Shown here one piece after another: positions 41,198 through 54,479 of a stretch of 64,000 bases of DNA. The notes under the pieces are model-generated. The model saw only the letters and a program-made list of their open reading frames with translations. It was not told the DNA's origin and ran no database searches. Location: positions 33,480,001-33,544,000 of the forward strand of contig OX597818.1 in NCBI GenBank assembly GCA_951406725.2, written 5' to 3'. Every line of letters begins with the position of its first letter. Position 1 is the first letter of the stretch. Made by a program: the position numbers and the translations under genes. Source of the DNA: Octopus vulgaris. Its lineage: Eukaryota.

Positions 41198-41755
41198 TGT
41201 ATGTATGTGGGTGTGTTTCTAATTTTCGCTTAAGACCCCTTTCAAAGGCATTTTCCTTTTCTCTCTCTAGTTTCAGCACAGAGCTGCGGCCATGCTGATG
41301 CACCGCCCTTTGCTGAAAAAAATTGAAGCTTTGTTACTCTATAATAAATGCAGCACAAGAAGTTATTTCCTTTTAACTGCAGGGCTAGTTTCGAATAAAC
41401 ACAGAATTTTAAGTCATTATTGGTTTATTGAGGCTTTGATTATTTCACCTGCTGAACATTCCTGTAAGATATTTTCCTTCAATATTCAATACGCTCATAG
41501 ACAATCACATACGCACCCCTTCACGCATATGTGCATATAGACATTTTTTCCTTACACACATACACACCTACACTCCCCATACACACATATGCATACTTAC
41601 AGAGGTATGTATACACATATATTTGATATATTTATTATTCACATATATTCACCCACACACATAGACAGACTGAAAGACATATAGAAAGATATATATATAT
41701 ATAATTCACATATATTCACCCACACACATAGACAGACTGATAGACAGATAGGAAG

Positions 41756-41792
<37 letters not shown>

Positions 41793-41796
41793 CAGG

Positions 41797-41874
<78 letters not shown>

Positions 41875-42529
41875 CATTCATAGATAGACAGAAATAGGAT
41901 AGTATAGAAAAGGAAAGACAGCTGGATTTACAAAGTAATTCGTCGAATGTGTTAAAGAACCAGTTAAAACACGTGTTAAAGAGAGTATCTAATTTATTTT
42001 AATTAAAGTGAATCATCGAATTTTAGACTTTAAGAAGAAGGAAAATATAAAAGGAAAATCTATGTAAAACAGAGTAGGGAGTAATAAGATTCTTGTTACT
42101 TGAAAGGAGACAAATAGCGGATATGGGACCGTTTTTATTAAGTGTTTATAACGTTCAAAAGAATGCGGCAAGCTTAACATAATATTTTATTACACGGCGG
42201 AAATTAAAATGTCACACTCCAAGCATCTTTAGAATAAAATATAGAAAAATTATGCTTTTATTAATAACGTTAATAGCAACAGCCTTTGGACTGAAGGAAA
42301 ATTTGCCGACGACGTCTGTTCTCTGGGTAACAATTTATTTTGCGCTACCTAAATAAGTTTTAAATAAACTACTTAGGTTGCAGTTATAATGTTCTTGAAG
42401 TGTATGATACATTTAATAGTTGCAGTTTATGTAGTTTAAAACGACTATTAGGTTATCGCATTCTGCAAAGAAAACTAGATTTGGAATATTCCATGTTGAT
42501 TTTGCTGTAATCAACTTCAATTTTTAGAG

Positions 42530-43590
42530 ATGGGGGGAGTCGATTCGATCGTTCTCAGTACGCAACTGGTACTTAATTTATCTACCCCGAAAGGATGAAA
42601 GGTAACGACGACCTCGACGGAATTTGAACTCACAACGTAAAGACAGACGAAGTACCTATTTCTATTTCTTTACCACCCACAAGGGGCTAAACACAGAAAG
42701 GACAAAACAAGGAGAGACAAACGGATTAAGTCGATTATATCGACCCCAGTGCGTAACTGCTACTTATCTAATCGACCCCGAAAGAATAAAAGGCAAAGTC
42801 GACCTCGGCGGAATTTGAACTCAGAACGTAGCGGCAGACGAAATACCTATTTCTTTACTACCCACAAGGGGCTAAACACAGAGAGGACAAACAAGAACAG
42901 ACAAACGGATTAAGTCGATTACATCGACCCCAAAAGGATGAAAGGCAAAGTCGACCTCGGCGGAATTTGAACTCAGAACGTAAAGACAGACGAGATACCT
43001 ATTTCTATTTCTTTACTATCCATAAGGGGCTAAACACAGAGAGGACAAACAAGGACAGACAAACGGATTAAGTCGATTACATCGATCCCAGTGCTTAACT
43101 GGTACTTCTTTAATCGACCCCGAGAGGATGAAAGGCAAAGTAGACCTCGGCGGAATTTGAACTCAGAACGTAAAGACAGACGAGATACCTATTTCTATTT
43201 CTTTATTACCCACAAGGGGCTAAACGCAGAGAGGACAAACAAGGACAGAAAGACGGTATAAGTCGATTATATCGACCCCAGTGCGTAACTGGTACTTATT
43301 TAATCGACCCCGAAAGGATGAAAGGCAAAGTCGACCTCGGCGGAATTTGAACTCAGAGCGTAACGGCAGACGAAATACCTATTTCTTTACTACCCACAAG
43401 GGGCTAAACATAGAGATGACAAACGGATTAAGTCGATAACATCGACCGCAGTGCGTAACTGGTATTTATTTAATCGACCCCGAAAGGATGAAAGGCAAAG
43501 TCGACCTCGGCAGAATTTGAACTCAGAACGTAACGGCAGACGAAATACCGGTTAGCATTTCGCCCGGCGTTGCTGCCAGCTCGCCGCCGT
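42530..43590 (-). mobile_element. Tandemly multimerised tRNA/Nin-like SINE (one 5' head plus ~5.5 repeats of ~155-185 bp)
   Basis: GAAAGGCAAAGTCGACCTCGGCGGAATTTGAACTCAG recurs six times. The head GGCGGCGAGCTGGCAG occurs once, at ~43573-43588 (minus). Confidence 0.9.
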
Positions 43591-44220
43591 ATAGCATATT
43601 TAATATTACAACAGACGATGTGTCTGACTATTTTAAGACGCAGGACGTGAGTTGAAAGGTATTTGTCCAGTAGTTGCAGGTAAAGTAATTATGTAAAAGC
43701 TCAGTGGATGGATCTTGAACATTATGAGTGATGTAGAGTTTCAAGTAAAATTGAAATTCATTAAAACTTGATTGTTGTGGATCTTATGCATTCCTTTACG
43801 ACAGCACACGTTCTCAATTTGTGAGAATTGATTCACCATCCTAGACTTCACTAAATCTTGAATATAGATTTGTTACATAATTCAATAATACCCACCCAAT
43901 CAGTAATGAATCAAGATGAAAAGTCAGTGGACTCAGCTAAATAGGAAACGGTATCTTTTCTGTCGTTGCTCCAATTCTGCGAAAAAGAGGCATCGAAAGA
44001 GCCTCCATGAGAACAAATTGTTCCTCAAATCATTATTTTGCTTCTTAAGAAAAGAAAAAAGAGAAAGAGTAATATAGTTCTTCATGTGTAAAAAGGTGCG
44101 AATGTAATGGCTAGGATTTTGTGTTCACTGATTCACGCAGTCGGGTTTAAAAGCCGAAAAGTAACAACAACACCAACACTTATGGCCCATACAACTTCAG
44201 AAATTTCCTAGAGCAAAATA

Positions 44221-44636
44221 GGATCTTTTCGGTTTGAACGGCAGTTTTTTCTAGCGGTGTCATATCAAATTGTTACCCATAATTATGACCCTAGAATCGA
44301 TCTACTGCATTTCAATCTCTTTTAGGGTTAGGGTTAGGGGTGGGGGAAGGGTATCTCTTTTTCTTCACAAATGTAAATAAACCCAATCTGTTTCTTAAAC
44401 GCGGGACATATTCATACGGCACAGAATGCTTTTTAACGCAATAGACGTCACTCATTAGTTGAAATTACAGAAATTGAAGAAAAAAAACAACAAATATCTT
44501 ACAAACTATAGAATTTTCTCAATTAAGGCAAGAGAAAAAGATGTTTTATAAACACATTCTACCAGTATACGAGGTTTAAATTTTTTTAATTACCTAGAAA
44601 TTATGTTAAAAACTGCCGTTCAAACCGAAAAGATCC
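44221..44636. mobile_element. MITE with 29-bp perfect TIRs and 8-bp TSD (Merlin- or MULE-like)
   Basis: TIR GGATCTTTTCGGTTTGAACGGCAGTTTTT. TSD GCAAAATA at 44213-44220 and 44637-44644. Contains (TTAGGG)3 internally. Confidence 0.92.
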
Positions 44637-45166
44637 GCAAAATATTTTCTTGCACAGACGAAAAATATTTTGAGATGATGAGCCATTGTAAACGACAGAT
44701 TACATTTATAGAATACAAGATTTATAGAAGTAGCCAATATTAACTTAGATTTAGTTTGGTAAATTTATGACTGTAGCTATAAAGTTCCAGAATTTAATAA
44801 TTTCATTTACTTTCTAGAATACCATAATTGCTACTTTAAAATTAGTGAGATGTTAAGATTCCAAACATTTTAGAATTTCGAGCGTAGTTATATTGATTAA
44901 CGAACAGCCAAATTTCTCTAACACCAGTCTAATTTCCGTACAAAACATTGGCTACCCACGTGAGTCTACTGACGTAATTATGGAAATACTATTGTATGCA
45001 AATTTTGTAAGCGTTTATATTGTATGTGTCCGAGTAAAATTATGTTTATGTGTGAGAAGGGAAAAGAAAAATCTAGTGATAAACAGAAAGACAGAGAGAG
45101 AAAGACAGAAAGAGAGGAGGAAAGGAAAGGAGAGAGCGTGTGTTTATGTTTGGATGGTTAGAGCAG

Positions 45167-45199
<33 letters not shown>

Positions 45200-45304
45200 C
45201 TTATTTATTTTCGATTTAGTCATGGCTCCCAGTATAAATCCAAGTAAACATAATCAGTTCACCTTCTCAATCTTCTCCTCTCTTTCGCGCTCACTCTCTC
45301 TCTT

Positions 45305-45382
<78 letters not shown>

Positions 45383-46899
45383 ATACACACACTTCGCCAA
45401 TATATATACGTGTGTGTATGTTTGTATGTGTGTATGTGAGTGTATATATATATATATATATATCGTATACATTGGCTGCTTTCTTCTAAGGAATCTAAAG
45501 CTCTTAGCTTAGTTTTTCCTTGGGGCTGGCCAGATTGGAGCAATCTCGAGTATAACCAGCCGAAATTGCAAAGATAATCTGGAACTTGACTGAAGAAAGA
45601 ATACTCTAAATGATCCGTCCTTGTTTTCCTTGTATCGTCTGAATGGATGTCTTGTTGTCCCTGTTTTGTATCACCTACCTGTCTGGATGTTTTGCGTTCT
45701 TGTCCCATTTTTGTATTTTTTATATATAAAAAATATAGCGGCGTATGTACACTTTGGTCTCTTATATGAAAGTATATATTTTTCTAAGTCTTGTTCGACT
45801 CTATTATTCTTTCTATTCTTTCATTCTTTCCTTCTTTCTATCAGCCCTTTCACTTATTATTAGTTACATAATTCAAACTGCATAATCAAAACTGAACGTC
45901 AAATCATCAGAGATGTGTAACACTTATACGTAATATTATTGGATTGAAAAATGACAGTATTCACTATCGGGAGAATGGTTAGTGGCTATGCCAGAATTAC
46001 TGCAGAAAGGATGTCGTATTGGTGTGAGATAGTAGGGATAATTAGCATGGAACAGAAAAGAGGGAGGATGAAAGGAGGAAGAACCTTACCAGAACATCTA
46101 TAATGTAGATGTTTGCTCATTTTCTAACAAATAATCTTATTGGATTTTCTTATACATTGTAACGCAGTATGTATGTATGTATGTATGCATGTATTTAACT
46201 ATATATGTGTGTATACAATGACGCACGAATGTGTATGAAAGTAGAAAACAGTGTACGTGTATATGTATGTTTATTTTTGTGTTGATACGAATTGGTATTG
46301 TATTTGGGGTAATTCATTTAATTATTAACTACCCACGAAATTTTGGCGTGTATTGAATATATTCAGTATACCTGCGTATATATATATGTATGTGTATATG
46401 TCTGTGTGTAACTATTCATATCTATATCTACATCGATCTATACACACACACATACACTCATGCGCACACATATGTGCATATCTAAAGTCAGCCTTTCATT
46501 GTATATAGAAATAAGAGTTCTAATGGATCTCATCAAATGATGAAATATTGATGGCTAACAAAAGGATAAAAGGCAGCAGAATGAAAATGGACAGAGTGGA
46601 CAAAAAATAAAAGAAAAAGAAACTCTTAGCAAATCCAGAAAAAATATGACAAAATGGACAATGGTGGGAAAGAATTCTTAAAAACTATATAAAATACAAA
46701 TTGATTTTGGTGTAAGAAATCCTGGTATGAAACGACTAGTCTCAACATATGCAGTGTTGGTCACTGGTAACATGTTAACTGTTCACATTTAATTATGTCA
46801 GGATTATAATAACGGTCATTCGTAGTATCATACCGTTTAAATTAAAGGAAATCTTACATCAAAATAGTATGGACGCATACGCAGACACTATTTGGCTAT

Positions 46900-47080
46900 C
46901 TGGGATGTTGAGGTAAATGCTTAGCGGTATCTCGTCTGTCTTAATGTTTTGAGTTCAAATTCCACCGAGGTTGACTTTGCCTTTCATTCTTTCGGGGTCG
47001 ATAAATTAAGTTCCAGTTGCGTATAATCGACTGGCCTCTCCCCAAAAATTTCGGGCTTTGTGCCTAGAGTAGGAAAGAAT
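46900..47080 (+). mobile_element. Nin-like tRNA SINE
   Basis: GAGTTCAAATTCC..GACTTTGCCTTTCATTCTTTCGGGGTCGAT. Confidence 0.75.
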
Positions 47081-48245
47081 GTGGCTGTGGTAAGTATGGC
47101 TTGCTTTCGTTCACTGCGAGAAAATTATTAATGTATTTCTCTGTGTTGTTTATGGCAATAATTAAAGGAATGCCGCTTAAATTTCATAACAACTTGCGGC
47201 AGAATGCAGATTGGCGATAGTAGCCTGTACAGGTGCCTCACAGCCATATAATGCAGTAGGTATTATCTGAATTATAATGCAAAAGAGCTGACGGCAAAGA
47301 TACAGATGGGGCTTGGGAAAGGTAAGGATTTTGATCTTATGTATTGTATATAATACTGCATTTTAGATGGGTTGGATAAAGAGAAGATCGAGGAGGGAGT
47401 AATACTGTCATATAATATTTTGTCGACGTTTAATAAAATCAGTTTAATATATCAACAAAAACGTACGGATCCTTCATTGACTCAAGTTTCTTTAGCGGTA
47501 ACAATTTGAGTTTCATTTATGTGCTTTAAATTGAAAAAAAAATTATGCAGAAATAAATTTTTTATATTCATGCTCTCAATGCGTCATTCGAAATCGCAAT
47601 GCCAAGGAACGTGTGGTTGTTTTCAGCCACTTTACAACACTTAGCACAAACGCAACAGACTATATTTAGAAGACAGTAAATATTATTCATATACATCATA
47701 TGAAAACCTCATAGGTATAAACATATCAGCATACAGTCCAATATCTATACTTACATATGTATTCATTTATATTTATATATTCAGGCTGTTAGACGTAAGC
47801 ACAGATGCACACAGACACAGAGACACGAATATACAAATATTTACAAAATCAAACATACATATACACACACATTGTGCACATTTACACTTCAGTGCCTGCA
47901 TGTATATAAGTAATATAGTGTTTAGATTTATAAACTGCATCAAATAAATGATAGATTAATAAATGATCTAATATATTTACAGTTAATTTATCTCAATACC
48001 TTGTATCAGTATTCCTAGTTCTATTCATTTGTTATATACTTCATTTCGAATGAAGCCAAACAAAAACAACGGAAAAATTGCCCTCTCCACCATCCCTTCC
48101 ACGACCCTCTCTACCTCTTTAAGACAATGAATCTGATAAATGTGACCCGTGTGAGTTTGAGTTATAAATTCAATATTTTTGACAGAATATATTTCAAGAG
48201 ACAAATACTAGAACGGTTTGAGTGACAGACAGTTATATAGGTAGG

Positions 48246-48334
<89 letters not shown>

Positions 48335-48784
48335 GCTTTTCTTTTCTGGATAAATGCCACATTTAAGTATCAACTAAGAAAAGACGTAGGGGAAATTGAA
48401 TTATTTCAGTATAGTCTCTTGGGACATGTGTAAGTGTTATTTGGGAGATCAGCCAGGCCTAGAAATAGAAAGTCCATTTCGGTTGGTGAAGATTTGCAAT
48501 TTCCTTGATTTTTGTTTCAACTTTAAATTTATTTCGTTCTTCACCGTTAAAACCTCCTCGAAAAGAAAGTGATTGCTTGTATGATGGCTTTCAAGTGAAG
48601 CATTTTGTATACACTTTTAATATTTTTACACTGTAAGTAAACTTCAATACTTCAGCCTAACGGCCATCTCGACCGGTTTGAAGTAATAGCCAAATCTCTT
48701 TCAATCCATACTTTACAACCTTAAAATCGTTTAGAACACGTTAGAGATGGTAGTCCGTTGTACACTTAAACCGAACGGGCAGAA

Positions 48785-49170
48785 ATTGGTTTCAAACTTT
48801 GGCACAAGCCCAGCAAGTTCCAGGGAAGCTGTAAATCGATTTCATCGACCCCATTGCTCAAAAGTTACTTATTTTTTCGACCCCGAAATGATGAAAGGAA
48901 AAGTTGACCTCGGTGGAATTCGAACTCAGAACGGAGCGGCAGACGAAATACCTATTTCTTTACTACCCACAAAGGACTAAACACAGAGAGGACAAACAAG
49001 GACAGACAAATGTATTAAGTCGATTATATCCACCCAGTGCATAACTGGTACTTATTTAATCGACCCCGAAAGGCAAAGTCGACCTCGACGGAATTTGAAC
49101 TCAGGACGTAAAGACAGACAAAATGCCGCTAAGCATTTTGCCCGGCGTTCTAACGTTCCTGCCAGCTCGT
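48785..49170 (-). mobile_element. Dimeric Nin-like SINE
   Basis: Two units of the 42530-43590 repeat with a single head. Confidence 0.8.
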
Positions 49171-49364
49171 TATTCATTGATGAAAGGTTTTAATTAGTGT
49201 TAACCTAGAGTTATATTGGCAACCAAAGAGATATTTGCAGCAGAATAATAGTTTGAAATATTGAGGTACCAGACTTACAGCTATTTTCCTTGTCGGTTTC
49301 GATTCACAGTTGCCCTCGTCACAGCACTCTAATGGGTTTTTTTTAATACAATTACTTCGTTGGA

Positions 49365-49580
49365 TGTGGTGAGCTGACAGAATTATTAAAATGCCTGGCA
49401 TTATGCTTAGCGGCATTTCGCCTGTATTTTCCTTCTGAGTTCAAATTCCTCCAAGATCGACCGTGCCTCTCATCCTTCGTGGTCGATAAAATAAGTACCA
49501 GTCAAATACTCGGGTCGATATAATTGACTCGACCCTTCTCCGAAAATTGCTGGCCTGCCGCCAAAAATGTGAAACCAATA
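49365..49580 (+). mobile_element. Nin-like tRNA SINE
   Basis: Head GGTGAGCTGACAGAA, B-box GAGTTCAAATTCC, and the family's central domain. Confidence 0.75.
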
Positions 49581-49852
49581 TCATAATTTCGTTGTCCCTC
49601 AATATGTTCTCGATTTAAATCTCATTTTGTTGGAATTTTTATGTTGATTCACTCAACCATGTTAAATAAATAGCATTTAACGATTCAATAGGCATTATTC
49701 ATCTTCATTAATATTAATAGTATGTTGGAAGTGAAATAAACACTCTTAAAAAACTGAACGTTCTAATCATTTGTGTTATTCCCAGATCGAGCGAAATCAG
49801 TCAGATCTAGGATCAAATAGAATCCTATCATAACCATCCTGTCTGTTTAAAA

Positions 49853-50280
49853 GGCGCAGGAGTGGCTGTGTGGTAAGTAGCTTTCTTATGAACCACATGG
49901 TTCTGGGTTTAGTCCCACTGCGTGGCACCTTGGGCAAATGTCTTCTACTATAGCCTCGGGCCGATCAAAGCCTTGTGAGTGGTTTTGGTAGACGGAAACT
50001 AAAAGAAGCCCGTCGTATATATGTATATATGCATATATGTGTGTGTGTGTGTATATGTTTGTGTGTCTGTGATTGTCTCCCCCAACATCGCTTGACAACC
50101 GATGCTGGTGTGTTTACGTCCCCGTAACTTAGTGGTTCGGCAAAAGATCCCGATAGGATAAGTACTAGGCTTACAAAGAATAAGTCCTGGGGTCGATTTG
50201 CTCGACTAAAAAGGCGGTGCCCCAGCATGGCCGCAGTCAAATGACTGAAACAAATAGAAGTGTAAAAGAGCAAGTAAAAG
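49853..50280 (+). mobile_element. Full-length tRNA-derived SINE with internal microsatellite and CR1-derived 3' tail
   Basis: Head GGCGCAGGAGTGGCTGTGTGG. The tail GGCGGTGCCCCAGCATGGCC is identical to the LINE 3' UTR at 24881-24900. Confidence 0.9.
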
Positions 50281-50772
50281 AGGACAATATTATCTAATGT
50301 CGTCTTTATTAGACGACACAGTGTGCTAAGGAGGGAGTTTGATTGTTTATTTCTTGTGAATCGAGCAAGCATGTAGAAACCCTTTTTTAGCTAGATCTCC
50401 AACAACGATCTTCATCGTTGTTAATATACGAGTATTTCATGTATTATATTTCTTAATGTTCTTATTCTTTCTTACTGTCTTTTCCACCTTTATGGTTAGT
50501 ATAATTTTCTTTTGGAATTATTAATTACAATCTGAAATTGTAAAATTAAACAAGCAAAGAAATAATTGGGTAGTAAAATCCAAAACTTGTGATATATTCG
50601 CATCATATTAGTTCGCAATCATTGTGAATACTATACTGTCCAGTTTCCATATCATCTTAATTTATAACGCAAATCTATATTGATAGAGCTATAGCCTAAA
50701 GGAAACAGATTCACATGAAATGGTTTACATAATTAAATTGTATTCTTCATTGCTTTTTACCATTCTCGGTGT

Positions 50773-50817
<45 letters not shown>

Positions 50818-50971
50818 GTAGATGGATAGATAGGTAGATGGATAGATAGGTAGGTAGATAGATAGGTAGATAGATAGATAGATAGATAGATAGGTAGGTA
50901 GGTAGGTAGGTAGGTAGGTAGGTAGGTAGGTAGGTAGGTGGATGGTTGGATGGATAGATAGATAGATAGAT

Positions 50972-53932
50972 AAGTTTCTTTATTGGCCACACAGGGCTGC
51001 ACACAGATGGGACAAGTTACAAGGTAGAGCTTTTCTTTTGGGGGATGAAGAAAAGGGGGTGGCGTAGGTTTTCGATCAAGAGGGATCGTAAAAGGGAAGA
51101 AAAGAACAAAAAAAAAAAGAAAAAAAGAAGAAAAAAAATTAGAATAAAAAATATAAAGAATAAAAGAAAAAAAAATGAAAGGGAAAGGAACAAAAGAAAA
51201 GAGAAATGAAAAAGGAAGAAAAGGGGGAAAAAAGGGGAAGAGGAGAGAGAAAAAAAAAGGAACGATCAATAGGGATCGTGTATCACAGTGTTATGATATA
51301 TGGTGTAAAGGGGAAAGCAAGTAAGGTTTATCCGTGGGAAGAAAAGCCTACGAAAAAGACCACGGTAACCTTGGTCAATATTGTTATATGTTACCACATT
51401 TGTTTGCAAGTGGGTAACCCTCTGTTTTCAATTTCTGGGTTCATAGGATTATGCTCAAGGTGGCTTCGTCATTCATACGTGCCATCCTTGCTACATTCAC
51501 CCATCTTTTTTTAAAACATTCGCTAGACAAAACTTGCCTCTCTACTCTCACTTTCCTTTTCAAGTGGTACTTGAAGAAGTTGATGAGAGATTGACCAGAG
51601 AGGAAAGTGTTTGTCTCCAATCCTTTCAGACGCGTCCACCAGATAAATTCTTTCGCCATAGCCACAAGGATGATGAAAATAGCTCTTCCTTCCCGTTTGA
51701 AGGAAGGAGGCGTGACAATATTGACGATAGACTCAGCTGATAAACCGACTCGTCCCACACGTGACAGCAGTTGTTCGACACAAGCCCACAGGTCAGAAAT
51801 TGTTGGACACTGCACGAGTGCGTGCAGAACGGTTTCGTCGCTCTGACCGCATCTCGGGCAGGTCGGCCCCGTGTTTCTCGAGCCGTGTCTGTAGAGCTTA
51901 TCCCGAACGGGTAGCGCTTCTCGGTAACACTGCCAGGCCAGGGATCTCTGGAAGTTGTCCATGGGCCCTGGCCCGAAAGTCGTCCCGAACAGGCGGGTCA
52001 GGTATTCCTCGTCGACGTCCAGGTTCGCCCCGAGCTCGTCGTCGTAGCTCCCCTCTACTAATCCCCTATAGAATGCTTTGGTTGTGTTGAAGTCACTCAA
52101 GGTCGACCCAGGACGGCAGAGTTGCTTGAGAGCAACGCGACACTCGCGGTGCCATTCGCCCTTCCTCGGCCTCTTTTTGATCCACGACTGCAGTTCGGTC
52201 ATGGAGACGAGCTGCGGGAAAGCGTGCCTCACAAACGGCGACCACACCTGTTCACCGTCGTCTACATAGAACCAGAGATGTCGCAGTCTCAGCGCGTGTC
52301 TGCGCATCATCAACCACGGCATGCCCAGCCCTCCTTTTAACGGGTGTTGACAGCAAATGGATCGCCTGACCATCGGGACGCATCCTTTCCACAAGAAGCG
52401 AAAGAGAATGCGTTGTAGTTTGGTGATGGTAGGGTCGGGACAAGGTACGACGTTCAGGCGGTAGTAGATGACGGACGCGATGTACGTGTTCGCCACCTCC
52501 GCCCAACCTTTTAGGGACAGTTTCCTCTTGGCCCATTGCCGGGCGAGAGTGACTATCCTACTCGTTATCTCGTTCCAGTTCTTCTCCACTTGGAGGTCCG
52601 GACCAAACCAGACCCCGAGTAACTCAACCGGGCCGTCGGTCCAGCGTCCCACGACGGAGGCGCTGGTGGACGGCATGGGCTTGCTTCTCCAGGTGCCTAG
52701 TCGCAAGCCCACTGACTTTTCCCGGTTGATTTTCGCTCCTGTCACCGCTTCGTAGTTTTTCAGTGTCTCGCCGACCTGCTCGATGTGCTCGTGGCTAGAC
52801 ACTATGACGGTGACGTCGTCCGCGTATGCAGACACGCTCGTCCCGCATCCCAGTTCTCGCGATTGCCCTTCAAAGTTGCCAGCTTCCGCAATAATGGCTC
52901 GAGAGTCAATACGTATAGAAGCGACGAGAGGGGGCATCCCTGACGGACCGAACGTGCGATGTCGAAGGGTCTCGATAGATGTCCATTCACGTGAATTACC
53001 GAACGGATGCCCCTGTACAAAGCGGCTATCCAGCCGCGGAAGATGGGACCGAAGCCAGCCGCTCTGAGGACCGCCTCCAAGTATCGATGGTCTACCCTAT
53101 CGAAAGCTTTCGATTGATCCAAATTGATCAGCGCCCCACCCATGCCAGGTCCGTTAACTACCCTGTCTATGATGTAGCGCATCAGGTGGAGGTTGTCATG
53201 GATGGTCCGGCCTGGCACGGCGCATGTTTGCGCCTTGTCGACCAGTTTCTGGATGACAAGTGCCAACCTCTTGGCTAGCACCTTGGCCAAAATTTTCAAG
53301 TCTGCATTAAGCAGAGTGATGGGCCTAATGTTATCTATTACATTTCCCTTGTTTAGATCTTTCTTCAGCAGTGTTACGGCTCCTCGGCTCACAAAACCAG
53401 GAATGCTCCCGTTTTGCTGCCAGTTGCAGTACACCGCCGCCAAGAGATCTCCAAACAAGTCTGGCATACAATTGTAAAGCTCGTAGGGTAGACCATCCAA
53501 ACCCGGTGATTTGTCCCTCGAGCATTCTGCCATCGCGTCCTGCACTTCCGCCGCCGTGATGGCACCTTCGCAGCACCCTGCCTTTCTTGTCGAGAGTCGT
53601 GGTAGGCTATGTAGGTAGGCACTGAAGTCCACCCTACGTTCTTGCCCTCCACTCGTCCCGAACAGTCGGGCAAAATGCTGCTGAAAAGCCTCACACATTT
53701 TACTTGGCTCGAGCAATTCGCGGCCCTGTTCATCTACCAGGGACCGAATGGTGGCTTTGTTGCCCTGTTGCGCCTCTGCCACTCGGGCCTCTCTCGCGGC
53801 TCCAACACCTTCGTTCCTTAGAGCACGCATCCTAGCTATGACAGCACATCCTTCGTGTTTGGCGTTGAAGTGTTGGTCGAGGGCCAACCTCGCCGCCAAA
53901 ACGTCGGATGCGATGCCGCTTCTAATTGCCTC

Positions 53933-53933
<1 letters not shown>
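50972..53933 (-). mobile_element. 5'-truncated L1/Tx1-clade LINE flanked on both sides by (GATA)n
   Basis: [51 protein letters not shown] and CPRC..H...C motifs. One frameshift near 52850. AATAAA lies near the 3' end. Confidence 0.95.
51441..53933 (-). pseudogene. ORF2 (RT plus zinc-binding C-terminus) of the Tx1-type LINE, frameshifted
   Basis: ORFs 52802-54154 (whose N-terminus is microsatellite) and 51441-52937 are two frames of one RT polypeptide. Confidence 0.92.
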
Positions 53934-53994
<61 letters not shown>

Positions 53995-54162
53995 GGATGG
54001 ATGGATGGATGGATGGATGGATGGATGGATGGATGGATGGATGGATGGATGGATGGATGGATGGATGGATGGATGGATGGATGGATGGATGGATGGATGG
54101 ATGGATGGATGGATGGATGGATGATGGATGGGTGGGTGGGTGGATAGATATCAAACTTGCTA

Positions 54163-54315
54163 AAGGCGGCGAGCTGGCAGACTCATTAGCACGCCGAGAA
54201 AATTGCTTGGCGGCATTTCGTCTGTCTTAATGTTCTGATTTCAAATTCTGCTGAAGCCGACTTTACCTTTCATCCTTTCGTGGTTGATAAAAGGAGTACC
54301 AACTGAGGACTGGGA
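54163..54315 (+). mobile_element. Nin-like tRNA SINE, 3'-truncated
   Basis: Head GGCGGCGAGCTGGCAGA followed by GACTTTACCTTTCATCCTTTCG. Confidence 0.75.
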
Positions 54316-54479
54316 TCTCTCTCTCTCTCTTTCTCACTCTCTCTATCTCTCTCTCTCTCTCTCCCTCTTTCTCTCTCTGCGGTAAATATATTATCGTTTA
54401 AATAACGCAAAAATGAAAATAGCACTGATATCTCATTTTAACATATATTTACCAAAACGTTCTCCTTGCTTAAGTTGGC

